Assembly: GCA_041666045.1 (NCBI GenBank)
Contig: JBAYHR010000002.1
Coordinates: 18,773-82,772, forward strand
Origin: Minisyncoccota bacterium
GTDB lineage: Bacteria; Patescibacteriota; Minisyncoccia; Phycocordibacterales; UBA9973
Length of the DNA stretch: 64,000 nt
Direction of reading: 5' to 3'
The notes beneath the pieces are model-generated. The model did no database searches, had not been told where the DNA came from, and saw nothing but the letters and a program-made list of their open reading frames with translations. The position numbers and the translations under genes were made by a program. Below are positions 1-8,876 of this stretch, piece after piece. The stretch's first letter is position 1, and each line of letters begins with the position of its first letter.

Positions 1-127
1 TTCAAAAACAACAGATGCAATAATGGATGGTGAACTTAAAGGTATTAAAGTTGAGTTAAAAGATTTTGCAGAAAAGTTTTGTAAACAGGATGATTTACCA
101 GAAGAAACTAATAAAGATAAGGAATAA
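1..127 (+). CDS. 3' end of unknown CDS (partial; ...KDFAEKFCKQDDLPEETNKDKE*)
   Basis: Open frame runs to a stop at ~125-127, immediately followed by the next ATG at 131, giving an operon-like arrangement. Confidence 0.3.
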   Translation, partial: SKTTDAIMDGELKGIKVELKDFAEKFCKQDDLPEETNKDKE

Positions 128-130
128 TTT

Positions 131-607
131 ATGCTTCAATTTACAGATGAACAATTTAATAAACTGAAAGAAAAAAATGAAGAATTGTATAAAACAATTG
201 GTGAAGCATACTGTCCTTATTTTAAAGAAAAAATAGTTTTTAATGCAAAAGGGCTAGAACATTTAAAGTTTAAAAATAAAAATCATGCCCGTTCACGAGA
301 TGATCAATATATACGATTAAAATTATTACACCTTGCGCCTAAAATATTAAGTTTATCAAATACATTACAGAATTTTTCAGAAAGAAGGATTTTTGAACTC
401 AATAGAAGTAATCACAGAAATGAAAAAATATTAGTTGATGTGATTTACTATGAATTTGTGGCTGTATTAGAAGAGGTTAGAGTGCGAATAATTATAAAAA
501 AAGTTGGTACTGCGCCCAAACATTTTTGGAGCATTATTCCATATTGGAAAATTGATAAAATTACGGGAAAAAGAAAAATGCATAATGGTAACCCGGAAGA
601 AGATTAG
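131..607 (+). CDS. Hypothetical protein (158 aa)
   Basis: Long ORF, no recognisable motif. Confidence 0.5.
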   Translation: MLQFTDEQFNKLKEKNEELYKTIGEAYCPYFKEKIVFNAKGLEHLKFKNKNHARSRDDQYIRLKLLHLAPKILSLSNTLQNFSERRIFELNRSNHRNEKILVDVIYYEFVAVLEEVRVRIIIKKVGTAPKHFWSIIPYWKIDKITGKRKMHNGNPEED

Positions 608-758
608 AAACTAAAAAATCCACCTTTTTGGGTAGATCCTTTAGTGGCGCTTGGCTACGGTTTGGATAAACATTGACCGTGAGAGGGCAAGCCCATCCAA
701 GCGCTGGAGTTAGTATATCAAAATGTTAGACAAAAATCAATAGTTTTCCACAGGTGTT

Positions 759-1352
759 TTATTTTACTAAAGTTTTTGATTTTGTGACTATTTCGTCAAT
801 AATTCCGTATTTTTTAGCTTCGTCAGCATCCATAAAAAAATCACGTTCTACGTCTTTTTCTATTTGAGTTAAGTTCTTTCCTGTATTTTTTGCAAGTAAT
901 TTGTTTAGATTATCGCGTGTTTTAAGGATATGTTTTGCTGTTATTGCTATATCTGTAGCTTGTCCTTCTACTCCACCAAGGGGTTGATGAATCATTACTT
1001 CTGCATTTGGTAATATAAATCTCTTTCCTTTTTTACCAGCTGAAAGAACAATCGCTGCACCAGAAGCTGCTATTCCTACGCAGAAAGTAGAAATGTCTGG
1101 GCGGATGTGATTCATTGTGTCTACTATTGCAAGAGTTGAAGTCACAGATCCGCCAGGGGAGTTGATATAAAGATAAATATCTTTTTTAGCGTCTTCTGAT
1201 TCAAGGAATAAAAGTTGAGCGATGACGATATTTGCCACATTGTCATCAATAGGTCCTGCTAAAAAAACTATTCTTTCACGTAAAAGTCGTGAATAAATAT
1301 CGTAAGCTCTTTCTCCAAATTGTGATTTTTCTATAACTGTTGGTATAAGCAT
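759..1352 (-). CDS. clpP: ATP-dependent Clp protease proteolytic subunit ClpP
   Basis: Ser protease catalytic triad context present: [13 protein letters not shown], and a typical ClpP N-terminus. Confidence 0.95.
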   Translation of the reverse strand: MLIPTVIEKSQFGERAYDIYSRLLRERIVFLAGPIDDNVANIVIAQLLFLESEDAKKDIYLYINSPGGSVTSTLAIVDTMNHIRPDISTFCVGIAASGAAIVLSAGKKGKRFILPNAEVMIHQPLGGVEGQATDIAITAKHILKTRDNLNKLLAKNTGKNLTQIEKDVERDFFMDADEAKKYGIIDEIVTKSKTLVK

Positions 1353-1472
1353 GTTGATTAGTAACTAGTTGCTAGTTTTTAGTGACTAGTGAATTAAAAC
1401 TAATAATAAATTCATAATATCATTTTTTAAGAGTTTTTTCTAGCACCTAGAAACTAGTATCTAGAACCTAAC

Positions 1473-2549
1473 TTACTGTGTCTCTAGTAATTGGAAGATT
1501 TTTTCATTTGTCAGTACATTTTCAGCGTGCAAACGAGCGCGTTCTGGATCAGCTTCTTTGTAATGATTCAAAATAAGCTCAACTTCTTTTGCGACTTGTT
1601 CTTGGTCAGCAACTATTTTTTCAATTTCAGATATTTTATGCAAAACCAAAGCAAGTTTAGCTTTCTTTTCCGCGTCGTTTTTAAATTCTTTTCTGATATC
1701 TTCAACTGTTTTGTTTAAATGTTTTAGGTAATCTTCAAATTTAAGACCCATTTGAGCAATATCAGATTCCATTCTGTAAAGGATTTTATCTAATTCTACT
1801 TCTATTAAAATATCAGGCAAATCCATTTTTGAATCATCAATTATTTTTTCTACGATTTTTAGTCTGGTTTTTTCTTTTGCTTGATTTTCTTTTTCTAATT
1901 TTATATTTTCACGTAATTTTACTTTAAAATCTTCAACATTTTTGAATGGTCCGAGTGCTTGCACATATTCATCATTGAATTCTGGTAGTTCAACTTCTTT
2001 TACTTCTTCTTTATTTTCATGCTTACAATCTTCTCCTTCACAAGTATGTTCTGCCATGTGCTTTTTAGGAGCGCGAGATTTTCTAATATCTTGTATTGTT
2101 TTTTCTAAATCTTCATCTGTTACTGTAATATTTTTTTCAGTATCAGTAATTTTAGAAGTTATTTTTTTGGAAATTTCTTTATAATCAGGAAGTTGTATCT
2201 CTGGCATTACTGCAGTTTTAATTTTAAATTCTAAAGGATTATTGCGTGCTAATTTTGTAATAGTAATTTCAGGTCTTGAGATAGCATCAATTTTTTCACT
2301 TTCAAGAATTTTTGGATAATGTTCACTTATTGCCATTTCTGCCATTTGTTCTAATACTTTAATTTCTGGAACATTAGAAAGAAGAATGTTTTCTGGTATT
2401 TTACCTTTTCTAAAACCAGGAATTTCCATATTTTCTCCTATTTTTTTAAGAGCTTTACTGAAATAGGTTTCAAAAGTTTCTGCTTCTAATGCACCTTCTA
2501 TTTCAACTTCGCTTTTGGGTAATTTTTTTACTTTTATATTTATACTCAT
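1473..2549 (-). CDS. tig: Trigger factor (short form, PPIase domain absent)
   Basis: N-terminal GFRKGKIP ribosome-binding signature. The tig-clpP arrangement matches. 358 aa with a short H-x-C-x4-C-x-H segment where the PPIase domain would be. Confidence 0.88.
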   Translation of the reverse strand: MSINIKVKKLPKSEVEIEGALEAETFETYFSKALKKIGENMEIPGFRKGKIPENILLSNVPEIKVLEQMAEMAISEHYPKILESEKIDAISRPEITITKLARNNPLEFKIKTAVMPEIQLPDYKEISKKITSKITDTEKNITVTDEDLEKTIQDIRKSRAPKKHMAEHTCEGEDCKHENKEEVKEVELPEFNDEYVQALGPFKNVEDFKVKLRENIKLEKENQAKEKTRLKIVEKIIDDSKMDLPDILIEVELDKILYRMESDIAQMGLKFEDYLKHLNKTVEDIRKEFKNDAEKKAKLALVLHKISEIEKIVADQEQVAKEVELILNHYKEADPERARLHAENVLTNEKIFQLLETQ

Positions 2550-2589
2550 AGTATTGCTATCTTATACCAAAAACAAATTATTTTCAAAT

Positions 2590-2626
2590 AAAAAAGAACC
2601 TCACTTACGTGAGGTTCTTTTTGTCT
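2590..2626. terminator. Bidirectional intrinsic terminator hairpin (agaacctcac-ttac-gtgaggttct) with A/T runs
   Basis: Perfect 10-bp stem with a flanking A-run 5' and T-run 3'. Lies downstream of the 2642 minus-strand gene. Confidence 0.7.
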
Positions 2627-2641
2627 TTTATAGTATTATTT

Positions 2642-2878
2642 TTATTGTACAGAATTTATATCTACATCAACAGTTGAATCTACAGAATTAAGATCTTGTT
2701 CAAGAGTGTTTAATTCGTCAGTTACGCTAGCAGTGTCTATTGGGGTAGGCGTTTCTGGTGGTTTATTTGTTGTGTTTTTTGCATTTGATTGCCAAATATA
2801 CAATCCACCAATTATAAGAATTATTATTACAATAATTGATCCTATTAATGCACCGTGTGATTTTTTTTCTGGTTCCAT
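2642..2878 (-). CDS. Small single-pass membrane protein, hypothetical (start 2878 ATG or 2896 GTG)
   Basis: ORF with one hydrophobic helix (IGSIIVIIILIIGGLYIW) and a polar Thr/Pro-rich tail. Confidence 0.45.
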   Translation of the reverse strand: MEPEKKSHGALIGSIIVIIILIIGGLYIWQSNAKNTTNKPPETPTPIDTASVTDELNTLEQDLNSVDSTVDVDINSVQ

Positions 2879-2895
2879 ATTTGTTTTTAACCGCA

Positions 2896-2924
2896 CTCTG
2901 CCCTAGATGTTATCTAGGGCAGAG
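2896..2924. promoter_or_regulatory. Perfect 13-bp-arm palindrome CTCTGCCCTAGAT-gtt-ATCTAGGGCAGAG
   Basis: Read directly from the sequence. Sits between the stop of the 2966 gene and the start of the 2642 gene. No U-tract on the transcribed strand. Confidence 0.5.
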
Positions 2925-2965
2925 ATTAGTAATTAATTATTAATAATTTTTTAAACTAATTTTGA

Positions 2966-3667
2966 TTAATTATCTGAGTCGTTATCGTTTGAGCCATTAT
3001 TATTATCTCCATCATTATCATTTTCTACTTTATTAGCTTCCATCTTTGATTTTATAGCATCTTTTAAAGCTTTATGCGCATCCTTCAAAGCTTTGTGAGC
3101 TTCCTTAATAAGAGTTTGTGTCTCTTGCGCCAAAGTTCTTAATGTTGTTTTGTCTTCTTTTGAAAGTTGATTTGTTGATCCAGCAAGCAATGTTGTTGCT
3201 TCTGTTATTTTTGCATTGGCTTCAGTTAATTTTGTTTCAGTTATTGCAACAAAAGCTTTTGCAGACGTTGTATCTATTCCTTGTGCTTCAAGTTTGATGA
3301 TACTTGCATTAACTTTATCTTTTAAAGCGCCCATTTTGTCTATTGCATTATTAAATCTTTCTAGAGCTTTTTCTCTTCCTTCAATTCTTGCTTCTTTGAT
3401 TTTTGCTTTAACTCCGTCTTTTTCACTTTTTATGCTTTCTTTTAAAGCTTCCATTTTATTCTCTGCTTCTTCTCTAGCTGCTTCTATTTTATTTTTTAGC
3501 TCTTCTCTAATAACTTCAACTTGTTCTTTTATATCTGGACGTTCTGGAGTTTCTAGAGAATCATTTGGCTGTGTCGCTTCATTTTCATCGTCTTCCGCAA
3601 AAACAAAAGATGTTGAAAATGAAAATACTAATGCGATTGCTAAAAACAAACTTAAATATTTTTTCAT
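2966..3667 (-). CDS. Secreted coiled-coil protein, hypothetical (signal peptide, KEAHKALKDA tandem repeat, D/N-rich tail)
   Basis: N-terminal signal peptide MKKYLSLFLAIALVFSFSTSFVFA. K/E/A-rich heptad-like sequence. Confidence 0.6.
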   Translation of the reverse strand: MKKYLSLFLAIALVFSFSTSFVFAEDDENEATQPNDSLETPERPDIKEQVEVIREELKNKIEAAREEAENKMEALKESIKSEKDGVKAKIKEARIEGREKALERFNNAIDKMGALKDKVNASIIKLEAQGIDTTSAKAFVAITETKLTEANAKITEATTLLAGSTNQLSKEDKTTLRTLAQETQTLIKEAHKALKDAHKALKDAIKSKMEANKVENDNDGDNNNGSNDNDSDN

Positions 3668-3784
3668 AAATTTTTTGCTCTTATGAGCTTATGTTAATTG
3701 ATAATTAATAATTATAATAAAAACTCTGACATTTTTTTATTACAATATATATGACGTTGTCAAAATGCAAATCTTACAGACAAA

Positions 3785-5785
3785 TTATAACAAGAAAGCA
3801 ACGATAAGCAAAGCTACGATGTTTAGAATTTTAATCATAGGGTTTATTGCTGGTCCGGCTGTATCTTTATAAGGATCTCCAACAGTATCACCAGTAACAG
3901 CTGCCTTGTGAGCATCTCCACCTTTACCTCCAAAGTTTCCACTTTCAATATATTTCTTAGCATTATCCCAAGCTCCACCACCAGAAGTCATAGAGATTGC
4001 TACGAATAATCCTGTGATGATTGATCCAACTAAAAGTCCACCAAGAGCAACTGGTCCAAGCAAGAATCCTACTAAGATTGGAACAAGTACCGGGATAAGA
4101 GCGGGTACAATCATTTGTTTAATAGCGCTTGTTGTAACTATATCTACGCACTTTCCGTATTCTGGTTTTCCTTCACCTGTCATAATTCCTTTTATCTCTC
4201 TAAATTGTCTGCGAACTTCGTCAACAACTTTTCCTGCAGTTTTTCCTACAGCTTCCATACAAAGCGCTCCGAAATAATATGGTAGAAGTCCTCCTATGAA
4301 TAATCCAACGATAACTTTTGGATTACTTAAATCAAATTTCATAACTTCTCCAGTGATAGCTTTTATTTCTTCTGTATATGCTGCGAACAACACAAGTGCT
4401 GCAAGTCCTGCAGAACCGATAGCATAACCTTTTGTGACAGCTTTTGTAGTATTTCCAACTGCGTCTAATGGATCCGTAACATCTCTAACTTCTTTTGGAA
4501 GTTCTGACATTTCTGCGATTCCTCCAGCATTGTCTGTGATTGGTCCATATGCGTCGATAGCTACGATGATTCCTGTCATCGAAAGCATAGACATTGCTGC
4601 TACTGCGATACCATAGAGTCCACCAAATTTATATGTAATTAAAATTCCAGTAACTATTGTTATAAGAGGAAGAGCGGTTGCTTTCATTGAGATAGCGAGT
4701 CCTTGGATAACATTTGTTCCATGTCCTGATAAAGATGCTTTGGCGATAGATTTTACTGGTGAGAATTTTGTTGAAGTAAAATATTCTGTAATAACAACAA
4801 GAGCTCCAGTTACAAAAAGACCTGTAAGGGCACAAATAAATAAATCCATTACAGAATAATCACTGCCGTTGTTAGACATTAATAATTTTGTGATAGGGTA
4901 GAAAGCTATTGCCGCAAGAATTCCTGATGCGATAAGTCCTTTGTATAGCGCGCCCATTATATTATTTTTCTTTCCTAATTTTACAAACCAAGTTCCGATG
5001 ATTGAACAAATAATTGCAATACCTCCTATTGCAAGAGGGTATAATATTGCTCCGCTGAAATTTACGAAAAGAAGTGATCCGAGTAACATTGTCGCTACAG
5101 ATGTAACAGCATATGTTTCAAAAAGATCTGCGGCCATTCCTGCGCAATCTCCAACATTGTCTCCAACATTGTCTGCTATAACTGCAGGGTTTCTTGGGTC
5201 GTCTTCTGGAATTCCAGCTTCAACTTTTCCAACAAGATCTGCTCCTACGTCAGCTGCTTTTGTAAAAATTCCTCCACCTAATCTTGCAAATACAGAAATA
5301 AGAGATGCTCCGAAACCAAGACCGATCAATGCTTTAATATCACCTGTGATTGCGTACAGTGTTGATACTCCCAAAAGAGCAAGTCCTACTACTAGAAGTC
5401 CAGTAACAACTCCTCCATTAAAAGCAACACTAAGAGCTTGCTTCAATCCACTTTTTGCGGCTTCTGTTGTTCTAACATTTGCTCTCACTGATACATTCAT
5501 TCCGATATATCCAGCGAGTGCTGAAAGTACTGCTCCTAGAATAAATCCAATAGCTGAATTAAATCCTAAACCAAACCATAAAACAAAGAAAAGAATTATA
5601 GCTATAACTCCAATAGTTTTGTATTGTCTATTTAAATAAGCTTTTGCTCCTTCTTTGATAGCTTCTGCGATAGCTTGCATTTTTGCATCACCGGCATTCT
5701 TTTTAAGAATTGATTTAGTAAGCAACAATCCATAGATGATAGCTACAATAGAACTAATAATTGCAAACAATAAATATATATTCAT
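3785..5785 (-). CDS. hppA: Membrane-bound proton-translocating pyrophosphatase (V-type H+-PPase)
   Basis: Motifs [41 protein letters not shown] and [18 protein letters not shown]. Polytopic membrane protein of 666 aa. Confidence 0.95.
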   Translation of the reverse strand: MNIYLLFAIISSIVAIIYGLLLTKSILKKNAGDAKMQAIAEAIKEGAKAYLNRQYKTIGVIAIILFFVLWFGLGFNSAIGFILGAVLSALAGYIGMNVSVRANVRTTEAAKSGLKQALSVAFNGGVVTGLLVVGLALLGVSTLYAITGDIKALIGLGFGASLISVFARLGGGIFTKAADVGADLVGKVEAGIPEDDPRNPAVIADNVGDNVGDCAGMAADLFETYAVTSVATMLLGSLLFVNFSGAILYPLAIGGIAIICSIIGTWFVKLGKKNNIMGALYKGLIASGILAAIAFYPITKLLMSNNGSDYSVMDLFICALTGLFVTGALVVITEYFTSTKFSPVKSIAKASLSGHGTNVIQGLAISMKATALPLITIVTGILITYKFGGLYGIAVAAMSMLSMTGIIVAIDAYGPITDNAGGIAEMSELPKEVRDVTDPLDAVGNTTKAVTKGYAIGSAGLAALVLFAAYTEEIKAITGEVMKFDLSNPKVIVGLFIGGLLPYYFGALCMEAVGKTAGKVVDEVRRQFREIKGIMTGEGKPEYGKCVDIVTTSAIKQMIVPALIPVLVPILVGFLLGPVALGGLLVGSIITGLFVAISMTSGGGAWDNAKKYIESGNFGGKGGDAHKAAVTGDTVGDPYKDTAGPAINPMIKILNIVALLIVAFLL

Positions 5786-5931
5786 CCCGTTTAGAAATTA
5801 AACTATTCGTACATATAATATTTATATATAAAAATAGATAATTCGTTACTTTTAATAATTTGATCCCGTTTTGTGAATTTCTAACGGGATTCATATTTTT
5901 TATTTTTTATTAATAATAATTTTTAATATTT

Positions 5932-7176
5932 TTATTTTTTAACCTTTTTTGATTTAACGGAATCATGCGGCGCAACGTCCTTTGAGGCGCCGCGAACTTC
6001 TTTTTTCTTCTCTTCTTCATTTACCTCTACTACCTCTACATTATCACCATCTGTAGAAGCAACTTCTTTTCCATCTCCTTTTATATCTATTCTCCAGCCT
6101 GTAAGTTTTGCGGCAAGACGAACATTTTGTCCTCCTTTTCCTATTGCAAGAGAAAGTTGATCATCAGAAACTTCTACTATAGCTTTATGTTCTTTTTCAT
6201 CTACTTCAATTGAAATAACTTTTGCTGGGGATAATGAATTAGAAATATATTCTCTTGGATCTTCTGACCAAGGGATTATATCAATTTTTTCACCTCCTAA
6301 TTCTTGAGTGATTGTATTTACTCTTGTTCCTTTTTGTCCTACACATGAACCTACTGGATCAATATGTTCATCATTTGAATGTACCGCTATTTTTGAACGA
6401 GCGCCTGCTTCACGAGCAATAGACTTTATTTCTACAATTCCATTTTGTATTTCTGGAGCTTCTATAGAAAAAAGTTTCTCTATGAATTTAGGATGTGTGC
6501 GAGAAAGTCTTAAATTAATTCCTCTTGGTGTATCTTCCACTGAATACAAATAAGCACGCAGTCTTTGTCCTCTTTGAAAAAATTCTCCCGGGATTTGTTC
6601 TTCAGCTGGCAATACTCCTGTCGCGCGATTAAAGTCTATATAAACATTTCCTCTTTCAACTTTTTGAACTATTCCGGAAATTATTTCTCCTTCTTTTGTT
6701 CCATATTCATCTATTATAGATGTGCGTTCTGCTTCACGAATTTTTTGTATGATAACTTGTTTTGCTGTTTGAGCTGCTATTCTTCCGTAGTCATCTTTAG
6801 ACTCAAGAGGGAAGATAACTTCATCATTTAGTTCTACTCCTTTTTTAATTTTTTTTGCATCTTCAAGCATGATGTGATGTTCTGCATTAAAGCGAACCCT
6901 TTCATCACTCTCATCTTTTATAGAATATTCTTCCTCCTCCTCTCCTTCTTCTATTTTAGCAATAGTTTCATCAACTACTATTTTTACTTGGAAAAAATCT
7001 GTTTTTCCTGTTTCTAAGTCAAATTTTGCGCGAATTATTTGTCCTTTTTTACCATAATCTTTTTTATAAGCAGCAGCCATTGCTTGTTCTATGGCATCTA
7101 AAATCTTTTCTTTTGGTATTTTTCTTTCTTCTTCAAGCTGTTCTAACGCTGATTTGAACGTTTTTATATCTAACAT
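5932..7176 (-). CDS. nusA: Transcription termination/antitermination factor NusA (ATG at 7176; the ORF track extends to a TTG at 7209)
   Basis: N-terminal domain, S1 and KH-like regions (GQIIRAKFD..., GSCVGQKGTRVNTI, LAIGKGGQNVRLAAKLTGWRIDI). Confidence 0.9.
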   Translation of the reverse strand: MLDIKTFKSALEQLEEERKIPKEKILDAIEQAMAAAYKKDYGKKGQIIRAKFDLETGKTDFFQVKIVVDETIAKIEEGEEEEEYSIKDESDERVRFNAEHHIMLEDAKKIKKGVELNDEVIFPLESKDDYGRIAAQTAKQVIIQKIREAERTSIIDEYGTKEGEIISGIVQKVERGNVYIDFNRATGVLPAEEQIPGEFFQRGQRLRAYLYSVEDTPRGINLRLSRTHPKFIEKLFSIEAPEIQNGIVEIKSIAREAGARSKIAVHSNDEHIDPVGSCVGQKGTRVNTITQELGGEKIDIIPWSEDPREYISNSLSPAKVISIEVDEKEHKAIVEVSDDQLSLAIGKGGQNVRLAAKLTGWRIDIKGDGKEVASTDGDNVEVVEVNEEEKKKEVRGASKDVAPHDSVKSKKVKK

Positions 7177-7353
7177 TGATTTCGCGAAATCACGTCGCGC
7201 AACCGTCAAATTAGCGCGACGCCATTATTATTAAGTTTTTAAAAATAAAAGCCCTGTTGCGACAGGACCTATACACAAACAGAATAGCATATTTTGTTTT
7301 TTTACACAAGATATTTGCTTTTCTTTATATTTTTTAAATAGTATAATCTAAGT

Positions 7354-7650
7354 ATGTTAAGAAATAAAATGTTTGTTATATTTGTGCTAATTTTAATAAT
7401 TGTTTTGATTGGAGTTTATTTTTATTTAAAATCTGTTAAGCAAAATCAAGTGAAACCCATTGATACTATTTTAACAGAGGAAGAAAGAATAAATATTTTA
7501 AATGAATTAAGTTCTGGATCAAACAGTAAACCAATTTCTGAAACAGAACGACAACAGATTCTAAAAGATCTTAATTCTGGGTCTGCCAGTACATCTTTAA
7601 CTGAGGAAGAAAAGTTGTCGATATTAAATTCTTTAAATAGTAAACAATAA
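7354..7650 (+). CDS. Membrane-anchored small protein with three TEEEr-ILN-LNSGS repeats, hypothetical
   Basis: N-terminal TM helix. Three approximately 16-aa tandem repeats are visible in the translation. Confidence 0.5.
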   Translation: MLRNKMFVIFVLILIIVLIGVYFYLKSVKQNQVKPIDTILTEEERINILNELSSGSNSKPISETERQQILKDLNSGSASTSLTEEEKLSILNSLNSKQ

Positions 7651-7651
7651 T

Positions 7652-8461
7652 ATGAAAAAGAAAAATTTTTACATAATCTCATTTTTTGCAATCTTAATAA
7701 TTATTACAGGATTTTTGTTTTTGCAAACTAAGGCTGATGCTCAAAGTACTTCTGTCCCTGTTTCTGGCACAGCTGTAATAACTAATATGGGTTATTCTAT
7801 TAGTTTTTCAGGGAATAATGGTGGAACTCTAGGAAATATTCCTTATAATGTTCAATATGATATTTCTAATAATAGTTTTAGCGGTTATGCTTGGTCTCCC
7901 GAATATGGTTGGGTTAATTTTACTGGATTATCTGCTTCAATCCCATCTTTTTCAAATGATACAGAGACTCCAACAAATTGGGCTACTGGAGCAATAAGTT
8001 TAAAAGGTACTAATGGTGGATCTTCTGCAAATATTCCTTATAGTGTAGCTTTTAATTTAGATGGAACTGCTAATTCTGTTAATCATTGGGCTTGGGGTGG
8101 AAATGTAATTGGTTGGATTGATTTTTCTGGAGTTGTAATTACTACTAATATAATTAATGGAACTTGTTCTTATACCCATTATATTTGTGCTTCTGGAACA
8201 AATAGTAATTTTGTGGATGGTACAAGTACTTGGACTTGGGATTGTTTAGGTGCAAACGGTGGTACAAATCAAACAGGTTGCTCCCAGGATAAAAATATCT
8301 GTACTCCTCCTCAAGTGCTTAATTCAAACAATGAATGTGTAGATCCAACGTATTCTAGTTGTAATAATAATTTGGAATTAGATAATGGAGAAACAGGGAT
8401 AGACTGCGGTGGCTTAGATTGTCCTAGTTGTAAAAAACCACCAAAATATATTGAAAATTAA
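7652..8461 (+). CDS. Secreted protein with repeated GW(V/I)(N/D)F motifs and a Cys-rich C-terminus, hypothetical
   Basis: Signal peptide. Repeats YAWSPEYGWVNFTG and HWAWGGNVIGWIDFSG. More than 10 Cys in the last 90 aa. Confidence 0.6.
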   Translation: MKKKNFYIISFFAILIIITGFLFLQTKADAQSTSVPVSGTAVITNMGYSISFSGNNGGTLGNIPYNVQYDISNNSFSGYAWSPEYGWVNFTGLSASIPSFSNDTETPTNWATGAISLKGTNGGSSANIPYSVAFNLDGTANSVNHWAWGGNVIGWIDFSGVVITTNIINGTCSYTHYICASGTNSNFVDGTSTWTWDCLGANGGTNQTGCSQDKNICTPPQVLNSNNECVDPTYSSCNNNLELDNGETGIDCGGLDCPSCKKPPKYIEN

Positions 8462-8489
8462 TTTATTTTATTATTAAATCAAAAAAATT

Positions 8490-8786
8490 ATGAAAAAAAA
8501 TGAATTATTGCAATCAGTAAAAATTATAGTAGTATGTCTTGTGTTTGGTTTAGGAGTAGCCTCCGTATTTTCTGCTGGTCAGTTTAGTTCACCAATTAAA
8601 CCTATTAATGTCGGTACTTCTCCTCAAGTTATGAATAGCAAATTATCAGTAAATTCTTTTTTAGCTACAAATAATACACTTTTTAGCGGAGGAGTTAAGC
8701 TTAATAATCTTGCTGATACTAATGCAACTGAAAATAGACCAATTTGTGCAGATAATACTGGAAAAATAGTTGTTTGTAATCCTTAA
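8490..8786 (+). CDS. Small secreted protein, paralog family A (MKKNELLQSVK... leader, P-x-C-x-DN-x-G...VC motif)
   Basis: The first ~80 nt are nearly identical to the gene at 8877. Signal/anchor sequence plus a conserved Cys pair. Confidence 0.55.
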   Translation: MKKNELLQSVKIIVVCLVFGLGVASVFSAGQFSSPIKPINVGTSPQVMNSKLSVNSFLATNNTLFSGGVKLNNLADTNATENRPICADNTGKIVVCNP

Positions 8787-8876
8787 TTATTTTAGATAAT
8801 TTAAGTTGAAGTATTTAAAAATTATTATTAATTTCCGCCAAAGGCGGATCAGCCTCAGACTGAAATCAAAATTATT

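Noticed and set aside
640-720. Possible tRNA or SRP RNA in the 600-758 spacer
   Set aside because: No GTTCRANYC T-loop, no 7-bp acceptor stem with an NCCA-compatible end, and no SRP domain-IV motif. It is kept only as an unclassified structured segment.
1353-1472. CIRCE (HrcA) or CtsR operator upstream of clpP
   Set aside because: Only a partial resemblance to the CIRCE left half (TAGCAC). There is no GAGTGCTAA right half and no GGTCAAA heptad repeats. The site is reported as a novel CTAG-palindrome cluster.
3785-5785. Several antisense ORFs inside the pyrophosphatase gene (4014-4277, 4434-4616, 4941-5639). Similar cases occur inside ileS, nusA, ftsK and the surface-protein gene. The poly-Val ORF at 50050-50469 is antisense to the poly-Thr tract.
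   Set aside because: They overlap strong, well-supported genes on the opposite strand. They have odd Ser/Thr/Pro-rich compositions and no starts with any signal. They are treated as spurious.
8826-8850. ccgccaaaggcgg hairpin between the two paralogous genes, as a possible terminator
   Set aside because: Short stem with no following T-run. It may contribute to termination, but the call is too weak.
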